DNA of 64,000 nucleotides from a virus (Duplodnaviria > Caudoviricetes). Of this stretch, positions 10,895 through 21,078 are shown in pieces. A program made the translations under genes and the position numbers. The notes beneath the pieces are model-generated. The model was not told where the DNA came from and did not search any database. It saw only the letters and a list, made by a program, of their open reading frames with translations. Numbering within the stretch: position 1 is the stretch's first letter; each line of letters opens with the position of its first letter. Location: positions 1-64,000 of IMG/VR virus record IMGVR_UViG_3300045599_000040; one strand, 5' to 3'.

Positions 10895-13555
10895 GATATC
10901 GATATAGATGTCAGTTCACATAAAAGAGATATTGTTTTTCAATGCCTCTCGAATTATTACGAGTCAATTGGCGGAAAGATTGTTAGGGTGTCTACTTTTG
11001 GCACAGAGACAGCTAAATCAACAATCTTAACAGCTTGTAGAGGATTAAAAATTAACAATGATGTTGGATTGTATTTAAGCTCATTAATTCCTGTTGAGAG
11101 GGGCTTTGTGTGGAGTATAGAAGATTGTTATTTTGGTAATGAAGAACTTGGTAGAAATCCTATTGCTGAATTTAAAAAAATAATTGATAAATATCCAGGG
11201 TTATTGGAAATCGCTTTAGGAATTCAAGGTCTTATAAACAAAAGATCAAGTCATGCTGCTGGAGTATTGATTGTTAATGAAGATTTTACTGAGCACAATG
11301 CTATTATGAGAACTCCATCAAAAGAGATTGTGTCGCAATTTAATTTGGAGGATAGTGAGTACGTTGGTAATGTAAAATATGACATACTTAACACTAAAAC
11401 ATGTGGAATGATTCAAAAAACATTAGAAATGTTAGTGGATCATAGGAAGATGGAATGGCAAGGAACGCTGAGAAAAACTTATGATAAGTATTTGCATCCT
11501 GATGTAATTGACAAAGAATCATCTGAGCTATGGGAATTGCTACATAAAGGTGAATTAGTTTCTGCCTTCCAATTTGACTCTCCTGTAGGAGCGCAGGCAT
11601 TGCGATTAATTAAACCAACTAACTTACTTGAGGCAACTAATGCCAATAACTTAATGAGGTTAATGGGTGAAGAAGGACGAGAGTTGCCATTAGATATGTA
11701 TGTAAGATATAAAAACAACGTGAATGAATGGTTTAATGACATGAAAAACTTTGGTTTAAATGAGAAAGAAATCAATATCATGAAGCGACACTTGCTTGAA
11801 GACTATGGGGTATGTTCATCTCAAGAGAGAATGATGTTGATTTCTATGGATGAAGAGATTGCTGGTTTTGATGTCGTAGAAGCGAATGTGCTTAGAAAAT
11901 CAGTAGCAAAAAAGATTAAAGAGTTATTGGAAGAAAGTGAAAAGAAACTATTTGAAAAAGGATTAAAAAACAATGTGTCAGAGAAGCTATTGAAATATGT
12001 GTGGGATGTTCAAATAGCTATGCAGCGTGGATATGGTTTCTCAGTGCTTCATGGAGTTGGATATACTTATATACTAATTCAGCAATTGAATTTGGTTTAT
12101 TATTATCCTACAATATATTGGAATACAGCGGTATTACTAGTTGAATCTGGAGCATTGGAACAAGATGCACTTGATGATGAGGATTCTCTTGATTCATTAA
12201 ATCAACGAAAAGAAAAAACAACAAACTATGGTACAGTTGCTAAGGCCATTGGGAATATGCAGTCACAAGGCGTACATATCGCACTACCAGATATAAATAG
12301 AGCTGATTTGGGGTTTAAACCTGATGAGTTAAATAATCAAATTATCTTTGGATTAAAAGGGATAATGAAGATATCAAACGAGACGGCTAGGGTAATTATT
12401 GAAAACAGACCTTATAAAAGCCTGAATGACTTCTATAAGAGAATGGTATTGACTAAACAAACAGTTACACTTAGCACAGGGAAAAAGCAAAACAGATCTC
12501 TTGTCACAGATAGCCAATTAATTACTTTAATAAAGGCGGGGGCGTTTGATGAAATTGAAGGAAAACCAAGAGAGGAAATACTACTGGAATTTCTAAGAAC
12601 GACTAACACTGATAAAAATAAAATTAATTCAAGAGGCATTGAGCAAGTTATTGAAATGGGAATAGTTCCGAATGAGTTTAAAGACGAAATAAGATTATAT
12701 AGATTCCGACAATACATACTAGACAACGAATACTTCCCCGATCAGTCAACCAAGTCTGTTAAATGGCATTCTATTTCAAATGGCGAAGATAATGTAATTG
12801 AATACGCAACTAATTTCTTTTTTGAGTATTTTGGTAACGAAATGGCAGAGGGGCAAGGTTATTATTATGATAGTGAAGGAATAGTATATATAGCAATGGG
12901 AACTGCTCGGAAAGGCTCTTTTGAAGATATTTATAAGAAAAAAATGTTGAAGTTTAACGCATGGCTAAACAGTGAAGATTGTTTAAATAAATATAATGAG
13001 ATTTTATTTGATGATGTGAAAAAATTACATATGAGCGGCAATATTAGTACTTGGGAAATGGAATCAATGAATTTTTATTATCATGAGCATGAGTTACTCT
13101 CTGCTGATTTAGAAAGGTATGATGTGCAAAGTTTCTTTGATCTTGAAGAAGAACCAGTAATTGTTGATTTTACATACTATAAAGGACTAGAATACCCCAA
13201 ATTTAAATTGTCAAGAATTGTGGGAACTGTATTAGATAAAGACAAGAATAAGCATATTGTATCCATTTTAACTCCTAATGGGGTGGTGCAGGTAAAGCTT
13301 TATAGTGGGCAATTTGCTTTCTATGACAAAACTATTTCTGTGCAACGTGATGATGGTAAAGGGAAAATGGTATTGGAAGACAGTTGGTTTAAAAGAGGTA
13401 ATAAGCTTTTAATTACTGGATTTAGACGTGGAGATCAATTCCGCCCCAAGCGGTATAGAGATTCAGTTTATCCGCATACAATTCAAAAAATTGTTGATAT
13501 AGGTGAAGATGGAAGTCTAATCTTGCAGAGCGAAAGAAGGAGTGAAGAAGAGTAA
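10895..13555 (+). CDS. dnaE: DNA polymerase III alpha (DnaE), exon 2
   Basis: DIDID, SSHAAGV, KYDIL, YGFSVLH, GLKGI, C-terminal OB fold; spliced product about 1356 aa. Confidence 0.9.
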   Translation, partial: DIDIDVSSHKRDIVFQCLSNYYESIGGKIVRVSTFGTETAKSTILTACRGLKINNDVGLYLSSLIPVERGFVWSIEDCYFGNEELGRNPIAEFKKIIDKYPGLLEIALGIQGLINKRSSHAAGVLIVNEDFTEHNAIMRTPSKEIVSQFNLEDSEYVGNVKYDILNTKTCGMIQKTLEMLVDHRKMEWQGTLRKTYDKYLHPDVIDKESSELWELLHKGELVSAFQFDSPVGAQALRLIKPTNLLEATNANNLMRLMGEEGRELPLDMYVRYKNNVNEWFNDMKNFGLNEKEINIMKRHLLEDYGVCSSQERMMLISMDEEIAGFDVVEANVLRKSVAKKIKELLEESEKKLFEKGLKNNVSEKLLKYVWDVQIAMQRGYGFSVLHGVGYTYILIQQLNLVYYYPTIYWNTAVLLVESGALEQDALDDEDSLDSLNQRKEKTTNYGTVAKAIGNMQSQGVHIALPDINRADLGFKPDELNNQIIFGLKGIMKISNETARVIIENRPYKSLNDFYKRMVLTKQTVTLSTGKKQNRSLVTDSQLITLIKAGAFDEIEGKPREEILLEFLRTTNTDKNKINSRGIEQVIEMGIVPNEFKDEIRLYRFRQYILDNEYFPDQSTKSVKWHSISNGEDNVIEYATNFFFEYFGNEMAEGQGYYYDSEGIVYIAMGTARKGSFEDIYKKKMLKFNAWLNSEDCLNKYNEILFDDVKKLHMSGNISTWEMESMNFYYHEHELLSADLERYDVQSFFDLEEEPVIVDFTYYKGLEYPKFKLSRIVGTVLDKDKNKHIVSILTPNGVVQVKLYSGQFAFYDKTISVQRDDGKGKMVLEDSWFKRGNKLLITGFRRGDQFRPKRYRDSVYPHTIQKIVDIGEDGSLILQSERRSEEE

Positions 13556-15796
13556 ATGGATTTTGTAAAATGTAAAGTGAAATTGAATCGCAAATTATTC
13601 CCTAGAGATTTTCATAAATCAGGCGAATTCGCAATCATGAAGTTTAACATAGTAGAAATCATTGAGGGGAATTCCTTGCTAGAAGAAAATGAAATATTTA
13701 AAGGGAACATGTGCGAAATTGAGTATGGGGAAATATACACAGTTACAGCAGAAGAAATTGTTGATGAAAAATGGGGGAAGCAATATCAAATAAAATACAT
13801 TGGTCAACCTGCGCCCCTAAACTCAGAAGAAGAACAGAAAATTTTCCTTTCAAGAATACTTACCGAAAACCAGGTAGAAATGCTTTATAGTACTTTTAAA
13901 AACCCAATGGAAATAATTAGATCAAGAGATATCGAGGCTTTGTGTCAGGTCAAAGGAATAGGAGTTTTCACAGCAGAAAAAATTATAGATAAAGTTTTTT
14001 CTGCTGTGGACTATTCACAAGCATACGTTGAACTTGATAAATATGGATTAAGCAACAACTTGATTGAAAAATTAATTGGTGTTTATAAAAGTCCTGAAGT
14101 GGTTATTAACAAAATAAAGGAGAATCCTTATATACTAGCTGATGAGGTTTCTGGAATTGGTTTTAGAAAAGCTGATGAAATCGCTCTGGCAAATGAATAT
14201 ACTTTAAATGATCCAAGAAGATTGCTGCATTTATCCAAATACATTCTCACTGAAGAAGCCAACAATGGACATAGTTATATTCACGCTTATGATTTTATGG
14301 ATAGAATTGAACAGGAAACTGATGATTTAAGCAGTGAAATTTTGGGGGATGTTATCAAAGAAAATAATGATTTTTATGCTTTTGATTTGGATGGAGAAAG
14401 GCATATCTCTTTAACTAAAATATACAATTTAGAAAAGAAAGTGGCTACAGAACTAATCAGGATTAATAACGGTGAAAATAATTTTGATTATGGTGATTGG
14501 GAGTTAAAAATAAAAAAATTAGAAGAACGCCAAGGATGGAAATACACTGATGAACAATACAATGCTATAAGAGAACTATTAACAAACCAAGTGCTTTTAG
14601 TTACAGGCTATGGTGGAACAGGTAAATCAAGTACAGTCAGCGCAATGACTGAGGTTTTGTCTGGATATGGCTTTGCACAAACGGCTTTGAGTGGTAGGGC
14701 TTCATCAAGGATGCAAGAAATCACAGGGGAAGCTGGTTATACCATCCATAGACTACTTGGCTACAACCCAAGAACCGGATTCTTCTATAATTCCAAAAAT
14801 CAATTAGATGTGGATATTGTTGTAGTTGATGAAGTATCAATGATTGGCGGTGAAATCTTTTTACGACTACTGGAAGCAATTAAAACTGGGGCAAAATTAG
14901 TATTATTAGGGGACGAAGGCCAACTAGAGAGCATTGGAACCATGAATATTCTACATGACCTTTTAAAAAGTGATGTCATAAAATCATGCAGACTTACAAA
15001 AATTCATCGCCAAGCTCAAAAGTCAGGCATCATCGAAACAAGCATGAAAGTGAGAAACGGAGAGCAGTTGTTTGATAGCAGATTTACTGGGCAAAAAATT
15101 ATTGGAGAGTTAGAGGATTTTGTTTTGAATGTTGTTAAAGATTCAACTGATTTACCAGGGTTAATTGAAAGACAGTTTGAAGAGCAGATGCAAAACATTA
15201 GTAATATTTGTGAGTTGCAGGTTATTGTTCCCCTAAAAGACAGAGGGAATATCGGATGTTTCCAGTTAAACATTAAATTACAAGATATATATAATCCAAT
15301 TAAAGAAGGAATTAAAACTAAAAGGATATCTCTAAAGAAAAACAAGAGAGAATTTGAAATTAGGATTGGTGATAAAGTTATTAATAGAAAGAACAACTAT
15401 AAAACATTTAATATCAATGGAGAAAACACACCAATTTTTAATGGAAATATAGGTATTGTTCAAGATATAAATGAGGAAAATAAAACTATGGTTGTTGACT
15501 TTAATGGGATTGGTTTAGTTTATATTTCTAAGGATGCCATAGATGGAATTGAGCTTGGCTACTGCATCACAACTCATTCATCCCAAGGTAGTCAATTTGA
15601 TGTTGTGATTTATGCTCTTGATCATTCTGCATTTATGTTGCTTAACAAGGAGCAAGTTTACACAGGGATCACAAGAGCAAAGAAATTTGGCATCATGAAT
15701 GTTGAAAACAGATCACTTAGACACGCTATTTCTACAAGTGAAGTGAAAAATAAGCAAACATTCCTTGCTCAGTTGCTTGAAGAAATAAAAACATAA
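13556..15796 (+). CDS. recD2: RecD2-like ATP-dependent helicase
   Basis: HhH VKGIG, GIGFRKAD, GYGGTGKS, DEVSM, GDEGQL, TTHSSQGSQF, YTGITRA. Confidence 0.9.
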   Translation: MDFVKCKVKLNRKLFPRDFHKSGEFAIMKFNIVEIIEGNSLLEENEIFKGNMCEIEYGEIYTVTAEEIVDEKWGKQYQIKYIGQPAPLNSEEEQKIFLSRILTENQVEMLYSTFKNPMEIIRSRDIEALCQVKGIGVFTAEKIIDKVFSAVDYSQAYVELDKYGLSNNLIEKLIGVYKSPEVVINKIKENPYILADEVSGIGFRKADEIALANEYTLNDPRRLLHLSKYILTEEANNGHSYIHAYDFMDRIEQETDDLSSEILGDVIKENNDFYAFDLDGERHISLTKIYNLEKKVATELIRINNGENNFDYGDWELKIKKLEERQGWKYTDEQYNAIRELLTNQVLLVTGYGGTGKSSTVSAMTEVLSGYGFAQTALSGRASSRMQEITGEAGYTIHRLLGYNPRTGFFYNSKNQLDVDIVVVDEVSMIGGEIFLRLLEAIKTGAKLVLLGDEGQLESIGTMNILHDLLKSDVIKSCRLTKIHRQAQKSGIIETSMKVRNGEQLFDSRFTGQKIIGELEDFVLNVVKDSTDLPGLIERQFEEQMQNISNICELQVIVPLKDRGNIGCFQLNIKLQDIYNPIKEGIKTKRISLKKNKREFEIRIGDKVINRKNNYKTFNINGENTPIFNGNIGIVQDINEENKTMVVDFNGIGLVYISKDAIDGIELGYCITTHSSQGSQFDVVIYALDHSAFMLLNKEQVYTGITRAKKFGIMNVENRSLRHAISTSEVKNKQTFLAQLLEEIKT

Positions 15797-15802
15797 AATA
15801 TA

Positions 15803-15831
15803 TTGAAATATGTGTTTAGATATGGTAAATT
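15803..15831 (+). promoter_or_regulatory. SigA-like promoter
   Basis: TTGAAA, 17-bp spacer containing TG, TAAATT. Confidence 0.5.
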
Positions 15832-15922
15832 AATTTAGCACACATTTCTTATGGGGTGATGTCATGAAATAATGTTAATAAATGTAGTTTGATAAATAAA
15901 ATATAAAAAAGGGGACATACAT

Positions 15923-16147
15923 ATGGAATTCTATGCAATTGGAACAGACAAAAACGGAGAATCTATAGTAATTTCTATTCAATCTAATAATCGACTAGAA
16001 GCAAAACATCAAGCGATTGAATATTGCCAGAACAATAATCTACGATTCAAAGGATTGCGTACATTTGAAGGATCTGGGCGTCAAAATGCAATTCTAACAA
16101 AAACTATTAAAGAAAAACGTGGGCGTAAAGTTTTTTGGCAGTGGTGA
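15923..16147 (+). CDS. Hypothetical protein
   Basis: ORF with RBS AGGGG. Confidence 0.65.
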   Translation: MEFYAIGTDKNGESIVISIQSNNRLEAKHQAIEYCQNNNLRFKGLRTFEGSGRQNAILTKTIKEKRGRKVFWQW

Positions 16148-16355
16148 GACTGTGAACATTGAAATTGGGGATACACTTTATCATCGACACTATGGCATCT
16201 CAGATAAATTAGAAATAGCTGACATTCATTATGAAGAGAACGTAGTGATTGGATATGATGTTATTTCTTATACTAGTGACAGCAAGGCAGTAATCTTTCC
16301 AATTGATAAGGATAATTTATTAGACTTGTATAAACCATTAGAATGGTTTGAGTAG
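16119..16355 (+). CDS. Hypothetical protein
   Basis: ORF overlapping its neighbours, typical phage packing. Confidence 0.55.
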   Translation: MGVKFFGSGETVNIEIGDTLYHRHYGISDKLEIADIHYEENVVIGYDVISYTSDSKAVIFPIDKDNLLDLYKPLEWFE

Positions 16356-16578
16356 AAAATCATATAAAATATTACTTTTATCTATATTAAATCGAGGTGA
16401 GAAAATGAGTTCTATTGCACGAGATGTACAATTCTACACTGAAGTAGATATTGATGGTGTTAAACGTGAGATTTTAGTGTCAATTAAAAAAGCAAAACTT
16501 GAAGAAAAAACAGGTGTTTTTCAACTGAAGCCGATTTGTGTAGATGATATATATTATGAAAAAATTATTATTAAGTAA
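16348..16578 (+). CDS. Hypothetical protein (true start probably the internal ATG after GAGGTG)
   Basis: ORF track; RBS near 16394. Confidence 0.5.
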   Translation: MSRKSYKILLLSILNRGEKMSSIARDVQFYTEVDIDGVKREILVSIKKAKLEEKTGVFQLKPICVDDIYYEKIIIK

Positions 16579-16624
16579 AAAATTTATAAAACAATCCTTT
16601 TAACTGGATACAGGAGGTGAAAAT

Positions 16625-16795
16625 ATGTTTGGTGTTGACATTGGTGAAATTGTTGATGAGTTAACAAGGCGAATTGAGAACTTGGAGCGTATTCAAAAGA
16701 AGAAAAATATTGAATATAGAGAGGATGATTTGCTTCAAGGAAAAATCATGGCATTAGAGGAATTTCGTGCCTGGTTGTCTATTGAGTATTTATAA
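16625..16795 (+). CDS. Small hypothetical protein (56 aa, not in ORF track)
   Basis: RBS GGAGGTG; MFGVDIGEIVDELTRR...; stop codon is the start of a boundary palindrome. Confidence 0.7.
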   Translation: MFGVDIGEIVDELTRRIENLERIQKKKNIEYREDDLLQGKIMALEEFRAWLSIEYL

Positions 16796-16821
16796 AACAG
16801 AATTTTATAAGGAGGGATAAA

Positions 16822-17271
16822 TTGATCTTTTTAACAATTGTTTTTATTGCATACTATCTGATTGTACTTGTTAAAGGTAGTTTTTTATCAGATTTAATTA
16901 TTAAAGCTGGTGAAGATGAAATTAAGAGGGTAGAGACAGGATCAAAAAATGTTGACGAGTCCACTTATAAATTAGCTGCTACAGGATGCTTTTTCATTGT
17001 ATTGTTGGTCTTAGAGCTTATTTACTTAGTTCTTGCTATTAGCCACGATATTTATAAGTATCCTACATTGATATTAATTCTATATGTTATTTTAACTTTT
17101 GCTTTTACCAAGTGGGGAAGAAAAAAAGACCTAACTACTGATGATGGTAGAAATGCATATCGAAAACAACTCTACCAAAAAAATAAACGATATTCGTTTA
17201 AAGGTTTTATGATTCGACTTTTGTTTCTTACATATTTTTGCTACATGTTTTATATTCTAGTGTTTCAATAA
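16822..17271 (+). CDS. Membrane protein
   Basis: Several hydrophobic segments; RBS GGAGG. Confidence 0.7.
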   Translation: MIFLTIVFIAYYLIVLVKGSFLSDLIIKAGEDEIKRVETGSKNVDESTYKLAATGCFFIVLLVLELIYLVLAISHDIYKYPTLILILYVILTFAFTKWGRKKDLTTDDGRNAYRKQLYQKNKRYSFKGFMIRLLFLTYFCYMFYILVFQ

Positions 17272-17309
17272 AACAAATCCCTTTAAACTGACTGAGGGGA
17301 GGTGGAAAG

Positions 17310-17480
17310 ATGCGAGTTAATGTAACTCTAAAAAATGGGGATGTATATACAACGACAATTGAAGAAAGCGATTTTCGAGATTTTTTCAAGAAATTTGCAG
17401 AGACAAACAGCTGTTACGTCTGCTTTAAAGATTTAATTGTGATCAAAGATGAGATTTCTTGTATTACCACTTTATCATAA
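17310..17480 (+). CDS. Small hypothetical protein (56 aa, not in ORF track)
   Basis: RBS GGAGGTG; MRVNVTLKNGDVYTTTIE... Confidence 0.7.
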   Translation: MRVNVTLKNGDVYTTTIEESDFRDFFKKFAETNSCYVCFKDLIVIKDEISCITTLS

Positions 17481-17519
17481 AGAATAAATTTATAAATAAA
17501 TCCAAATAGAAAAGGAGAA

Positions 17520-17921
17520 ATGGGAATGAATAATAGTGCGAGTGTGTATAGTGAGAGTGTAGAAAAGAAATATCAAGAGTATATGGATAAATACGAGATT
17601 CCAGAGTATTACGAGTTTCAACTTAAAACATTGCTATCACTACAAGAAGAGTATAATGAGGCAACTAAAAAAACACCTGAACACACGAAAAGTCGTGAAA
17701 GTTTATTACATATGATTCAGAGAATGCAGCTACCCTTAAATGTATTAAAAGAAAGAAATGAAAATATAGTTAAAATCAGCATTGAGGAATTTTGCTACTA
17801 TGTTGATAAACCATTTATTAAAGAATTATGGGATGAATACCAGAGTATTGATGGATATATAAGAGCATTAGCGACACTTCCGCAATACAAGGACTTAACT
17901 CACAAAGATAGCAAATTCTAA
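17520..17921 (+). CDS. Hypothetical protein
   Basis: RBS AAGGAG; 133 aa. Confidence 0.65.
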   Translation: MGMNNSASVYSESVEKKYQEYMDKYEIPEYYEFQLKTLLSLQEEYNEATKKTPEHTKSRESLLHMIQRMQLPLNVLKERNENIVKISIEEFCYYVDKPFIKELWDEYQSIDGYIRALATLPQYKDLTHKDSKF

Positions 17922-17939
17922 TTAAAACAGTAATTTTAA

Positions 17940-18515
17940 ATGGTTGGGGATGATAATTCGATGTTGAACTTAGAATTTATCGCAAAATTGTGCCATGAAG
18001 TAAACAGAGCATATTGCAGTAGTATTGGGGATGAGTCACACACATCATGGGATGAAGCCCCTGAATGGCAAAAGAAAAGTGCAATAAATGGAATAAAGTT
18101 TCATATCGAAAATGAAACTAAGCCAGAGGATAGTCACTATAGTTGGATGAAAGAGAAGATCGAAGATGGTTGGATTTATGGTGAGGTTAAAGACGCAGAA
18201 CAGAAAACTCATCCCTGCATTGTTTCATACGATCAACTTCCTCAAGAGCAACGCAGCAAAGATTACATCTTTAAGGCAATTTGCAATTTCTTTAAAAATG
18301 AGAAAATGGTTACAGAAGAAAAAGGAAGTTACCATGTTGGTCAAGAGGTTATAATTAAAGATTGTAGCTATGCGAGAATGGAAGGGATCGTAGGGAAAAG
18401 AGCAACTATCGTTGAAGTGCGAGACGGTGAATTTGATTACGAAGTTAAGACAGAGGATGGCATTGTGGATTTACTTAACTATGATGAAGTAGAGTTAATA
18501 GAAAACAATCAATAA
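17940..18515 (+). CDS. RyR-domain protein with a C-terminal SH3/KOW-like module
   Basis: CHEVNRAYC, SHYSWMKEKIEDGWIYG, KTHPCIVSYDQLP..QRSKD. Confidence 0.75.
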   Translation: MVGDDNSMLNLEFIAKLCHEVNRAYCSSIGDESHTSWDEAPEWQKKSAINGIKFHIENETKPEDSHYSWMKEKIEDGWIYGEVKDAEQKTHPCIVSYDQLPQEQRSKDYIFKAICNFFKNEKMVTEEKGSYHVGQEVIIKDCSYARMEGIVGKRATIVEVRDGEFDYEVKTEDGIVDLLNYDEVELIENNQ

Positions 18516-18629
18516 ATCATCTCTATTTTTCTCTATTTTCCTTCTATTTACTTCGTTTTTTAAGGTTAAGAATCCATTAAAAGAGGGATTTTAAAACGAA
18601 ATATAAAAGAATGGAGAGGATATGTCGTA

Positions 18630-19484
18630 ATTGTTAATATTGATGGATTTGATATTAGAGCAATAAATGATAATGCAATTATAGAAGAAGATTGGTATGG
18701 ATTTATTTACATTACATTAAATCTCATAAATAACAAAAAGTACTTGGGACAAAAGAAATTCGACAATGGGAGATGGAAAAAATATCTGGGAAGTGGAAAG
18801 GTTCTTAAACAAGCTATTAACAAATATAAAAAAGAAAATTTTAAGAGAGTGATTGTTTACTTGGCCTCATCAAAAAAAGAATTAGATTATAAAGAAAAAG
18901 AGTTAATAGGCTTTTTTGATGCTGTGCAAAACGAAGATTGGTATAACGTTGCAGAAGGTGGGACTGGACTAACATTCTCAAATGAGTGTAATGAAGAACT
19001 GTTAAAACAGCGCAATAATAAAATAAGTTTAGCATTAAAAAGGTTTTGGAGTAGTTCAGATAATAAACAAATGATGAGAGATTCTATGAGTGGGAAATTA
19101 AGTTCTATGAAAGGGAGAAAACTCACTGAAAAGCATAAGCAAGGGATTAGCCAAGGGAACAAAGGGAAAAAACGATCTGATGAACAATTAGAAAAACTTA
19201 AAGAAAGTCAAAGAAGAAGATGGGAGAAAGATGAGGAACGCGAAAAGATAAGTAGACGGAATAAGGGAAAGATTCCTTGGAACAAAGGAAAAGTTACCCC
19301 TGATGATGTCAGAAGGAAACAAAGCGAGGCAGCCAAGAGAAGGTTTCAAAATAAAGAAGAGAAAGAAAAAATAAAAAACAGAAAATATATTAACAAATGC
19401 GTTGCCTGTAGCAAGGAGTTTGAATCTCGTAGCAATCGTACTTTGCGATGCCAGGAGTGTAAAGAGGTGAAAATAAATGCTTAA
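18630..19484 (+). CDS. Free-standing GIY-YIG homing endonuclease with NUMOD3 repeats (probable ATT start at 18630)
   Basis: Frame is open upstream of the ORF-track start and contains GFIY-ITLNLINNKK-YLG; NUMOD3-like H/K..ISQ repeats. Confidence 0.8.
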   Translation: MVNIDGFDIRAINDNAIIEEDWYGFIYITLNLINNKKYLGQKKFDNGRWKKYLGSGKVLKQAINKYKKENFKRVIVYLASSKKELDYKEKELIGFFDAVQNEDWYNVAEGGTGLTFSNECNEELLKQRNNKISLALKRFWSSSDNKQMMRDSMSGKLSSMKGRKLTEKHKQGISQGNKGKKRSDEQLEKLKESQRRRWEKDEEREKISRRNKGKIPWNKGKVTPDDVRRKQSEAAKRRFQNKEEKEKIKNRKYINKCVACSKEFESRSNRTLRCQECKEVKINA

Positions 19485-19959
19485 TAAATGGTCTGGTAAA
19501 GCCTTGTCTATTGCCATCGTGATTATTCTGATAGTTGTTGGAGTTGGTATAAAGATCTTTTGGTTTCCAGTACATACATCGTTAAAATCAATTAATTCTA
19601 CATATGAAATAATAGATAAAACATTAGATAGCAACAATATACTAGCAAATTACGAGTGGTTTAAACGTCAGGAAGAAGGAATTCAAGCCCTTTACAAAAA
19701 GGAGGCAAGAGCCAAAGAAGAGATTGCAGCTTTCGAAGAAGCTTATCCTGATAAAGATAAATGGAGCAAATTTGATAAGGATGAATATGCAAGATTACGC
19801 TCTAATTTAACAGGAGTGAGCAATATTCTTGATGAGGCAATTGCTGAATATAACGCCAGAAGCTCTATGGCTAACCGTGCAATATTTAAAGAGAATCTTC
19901 CAGTAAATATCAGTCGTGCATTTTATACTGGATTAGACTTAATCGATGGAGGGGAATAA
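19477..19959 (+). CDS. Membrane-anchored coiled-coil protein
   Basis: N-terminal TM helix followed by helical region. Confidence 0.65.
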   Translation: MLNKWSGKALSIAIVIILIVVGVGIKIFWFPVHTSLKSINSTYEIIDKTLDSNNILANYEWFKRQEEGIQALYKKEARAKEEIAAFEEAYPDKDKWSKFDKDEYARLRSNLTGVSNILDEAIAEYNARSSMANRAIFKENLPVNISRAFYTGLDLIDGGE

Positions 19960-20508
19960 ATGAAAAAAAACATTTTAATTATTTTAATGGTCATTCTTAT
20001 GCTAGGCACGTCTGCTTGCGGATCAATGGACATCCCAACACCCGCTGATAAACAACAGACAAAACAACTTGAAAAACTGCAAAACGACTTTATTACTCGT
20101 CAACCTATTCCAGAAGTTGAGTTTAGCGTTGAAAGACAAAATGTTATTGACCGTATTAAAAGATGGAATGACCCCAATAAAGTTAGCTATATTTACTTAA
20201 TTAGCGAAAATGGAATCATATTAGCGTACTTTCCAATTAAAGGGAAGGTCACGGCATTAAATACTTATGCAACACCTGACTTACAAATTGTTGATGATCC
20301 ATATGCTCGTTCTTATGAGGGTTCTCAAGGTCAAGTTGTTGATGCGCCTGATGAACTTGGTACATATGGAGAAAATAATGATGGAGTATTCTTCTTTTTG
20401 ACCGATGGCACTTATGTTGAATGGACTGGTCATTACTTACTTGCAGATCAGCCTATTAAATTAACTCAGCAGCCGATCATGTTATATGAAATAGAATCTG
20501 AAAAATAA
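19960..20508 (+). CDS. Lipoprotein
   Basis: MKK plus hydrophobic signal and lipobox TSAC. Confidence 0.75.
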   Translation: MKKNILIILMVILMLGTSACGSMDIPTPADKQQTKQLEKLQNDFITRQPIPEVEFSVERQNVIDRIKRWNDPNKVSYIYLISENGIILAYFPIKGKVTALNTYATPDLQIVDDPYARSYEGSQGQVVDAPDELGTYGENNDGVFFFLTDGTYVEWTGHYLLADQPIKLTQQPIMLYEIESEK

Positions 20509-20520
20509 ATTTAATGAAAG

Positions 20521-20724
20521 TTGGATTGGGGTGTGGCTTTGTTTCTAAGCACAATACTTTTAATTTTAAATGCGTATATCATATTCTTTTTATGCAAAAA
20601 CTTCATTGGTTTTGTATTTTATAAAAAAGAATTAGAAAGAGAAGAAATAGGTATGTCTATTTTAGCTTTAATAGGATGTTTTATTGTTTTCTTTTGCCAA
20701 CTTCTTTTTAAAATAATTTATTAA
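20521..20724 (+). CDS. Small two-TM membrane protein
   Basis: Two hydrophobic segments. Confidence 0.5.
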   Translation: MDWGVALFLSTILLILNAYIIFFLCKNFIGFVFYKKELEREEIGMSILALIGCFIVFFCQLLFKIIY

Positions 20725-20736
20725 ATAATTAAGGAG

Positions 20737-21054
20737 GTGAGTCATTTAATGCACTTTAAAACAACAGATGCCTTAATAAAATCTGCTTTTGCCGAAGCTG
20801 ACTTAGATAAAATTTTGGTTGACAGCATAAAAAAGACCATTCAAAAGGAGGATAAAAATATGGAATATCTATATGAAGTTTTCTTGGTTGATTCAAAAAG
20901 AACAATTCAATTGAATGAAGTAACTGTTGCAGGCAATGAAGAAGAAGCCAAATTCAATGCAGGTGTATATGATTTGCTGAGGGATAACGGCACAAAGTTA
21001 TCAAATGTAACTATTATCGTTAATAGATTAGGTTCTGTTAAAGTTGAATATTAA
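20737..21054 (+). CDS. Hypothetical protein
   Basis: RBS AAGGAGG. Confidence 0.55.
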   Translation: MSHLMHFKTTDALIKSAFAEADLDKILVDSIKKTIQKEDKNMEYLYEVFLVDSKRTIQLNEVTVAGNEEEAKFNAGVYDLLRDNGTKLSNVTIIVNRLGSVKVEY

Positions 21055-21078
21055 AAATAAAATATACTACATAGGAAG

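Noticed and set aside
18516-19484. GIY-YIG gene as part of a third intron
   Set aside because: No group I core motifs, and the flanking genes are not two halves of one gene.
18630-19484. Free-standing GIY-YIG mobilising the endonuclease-less dnaE intron in trans
   Set aside because: It lies about 8 kb away and there is no sequence evidence for its target; too speculative to claim.
21040-21078. NrdR box upstream of nrdB (ATACTACATAGG)
   Set aside because: Only a half-match, lacking conserved positions 11 and 13, and with no partner box.
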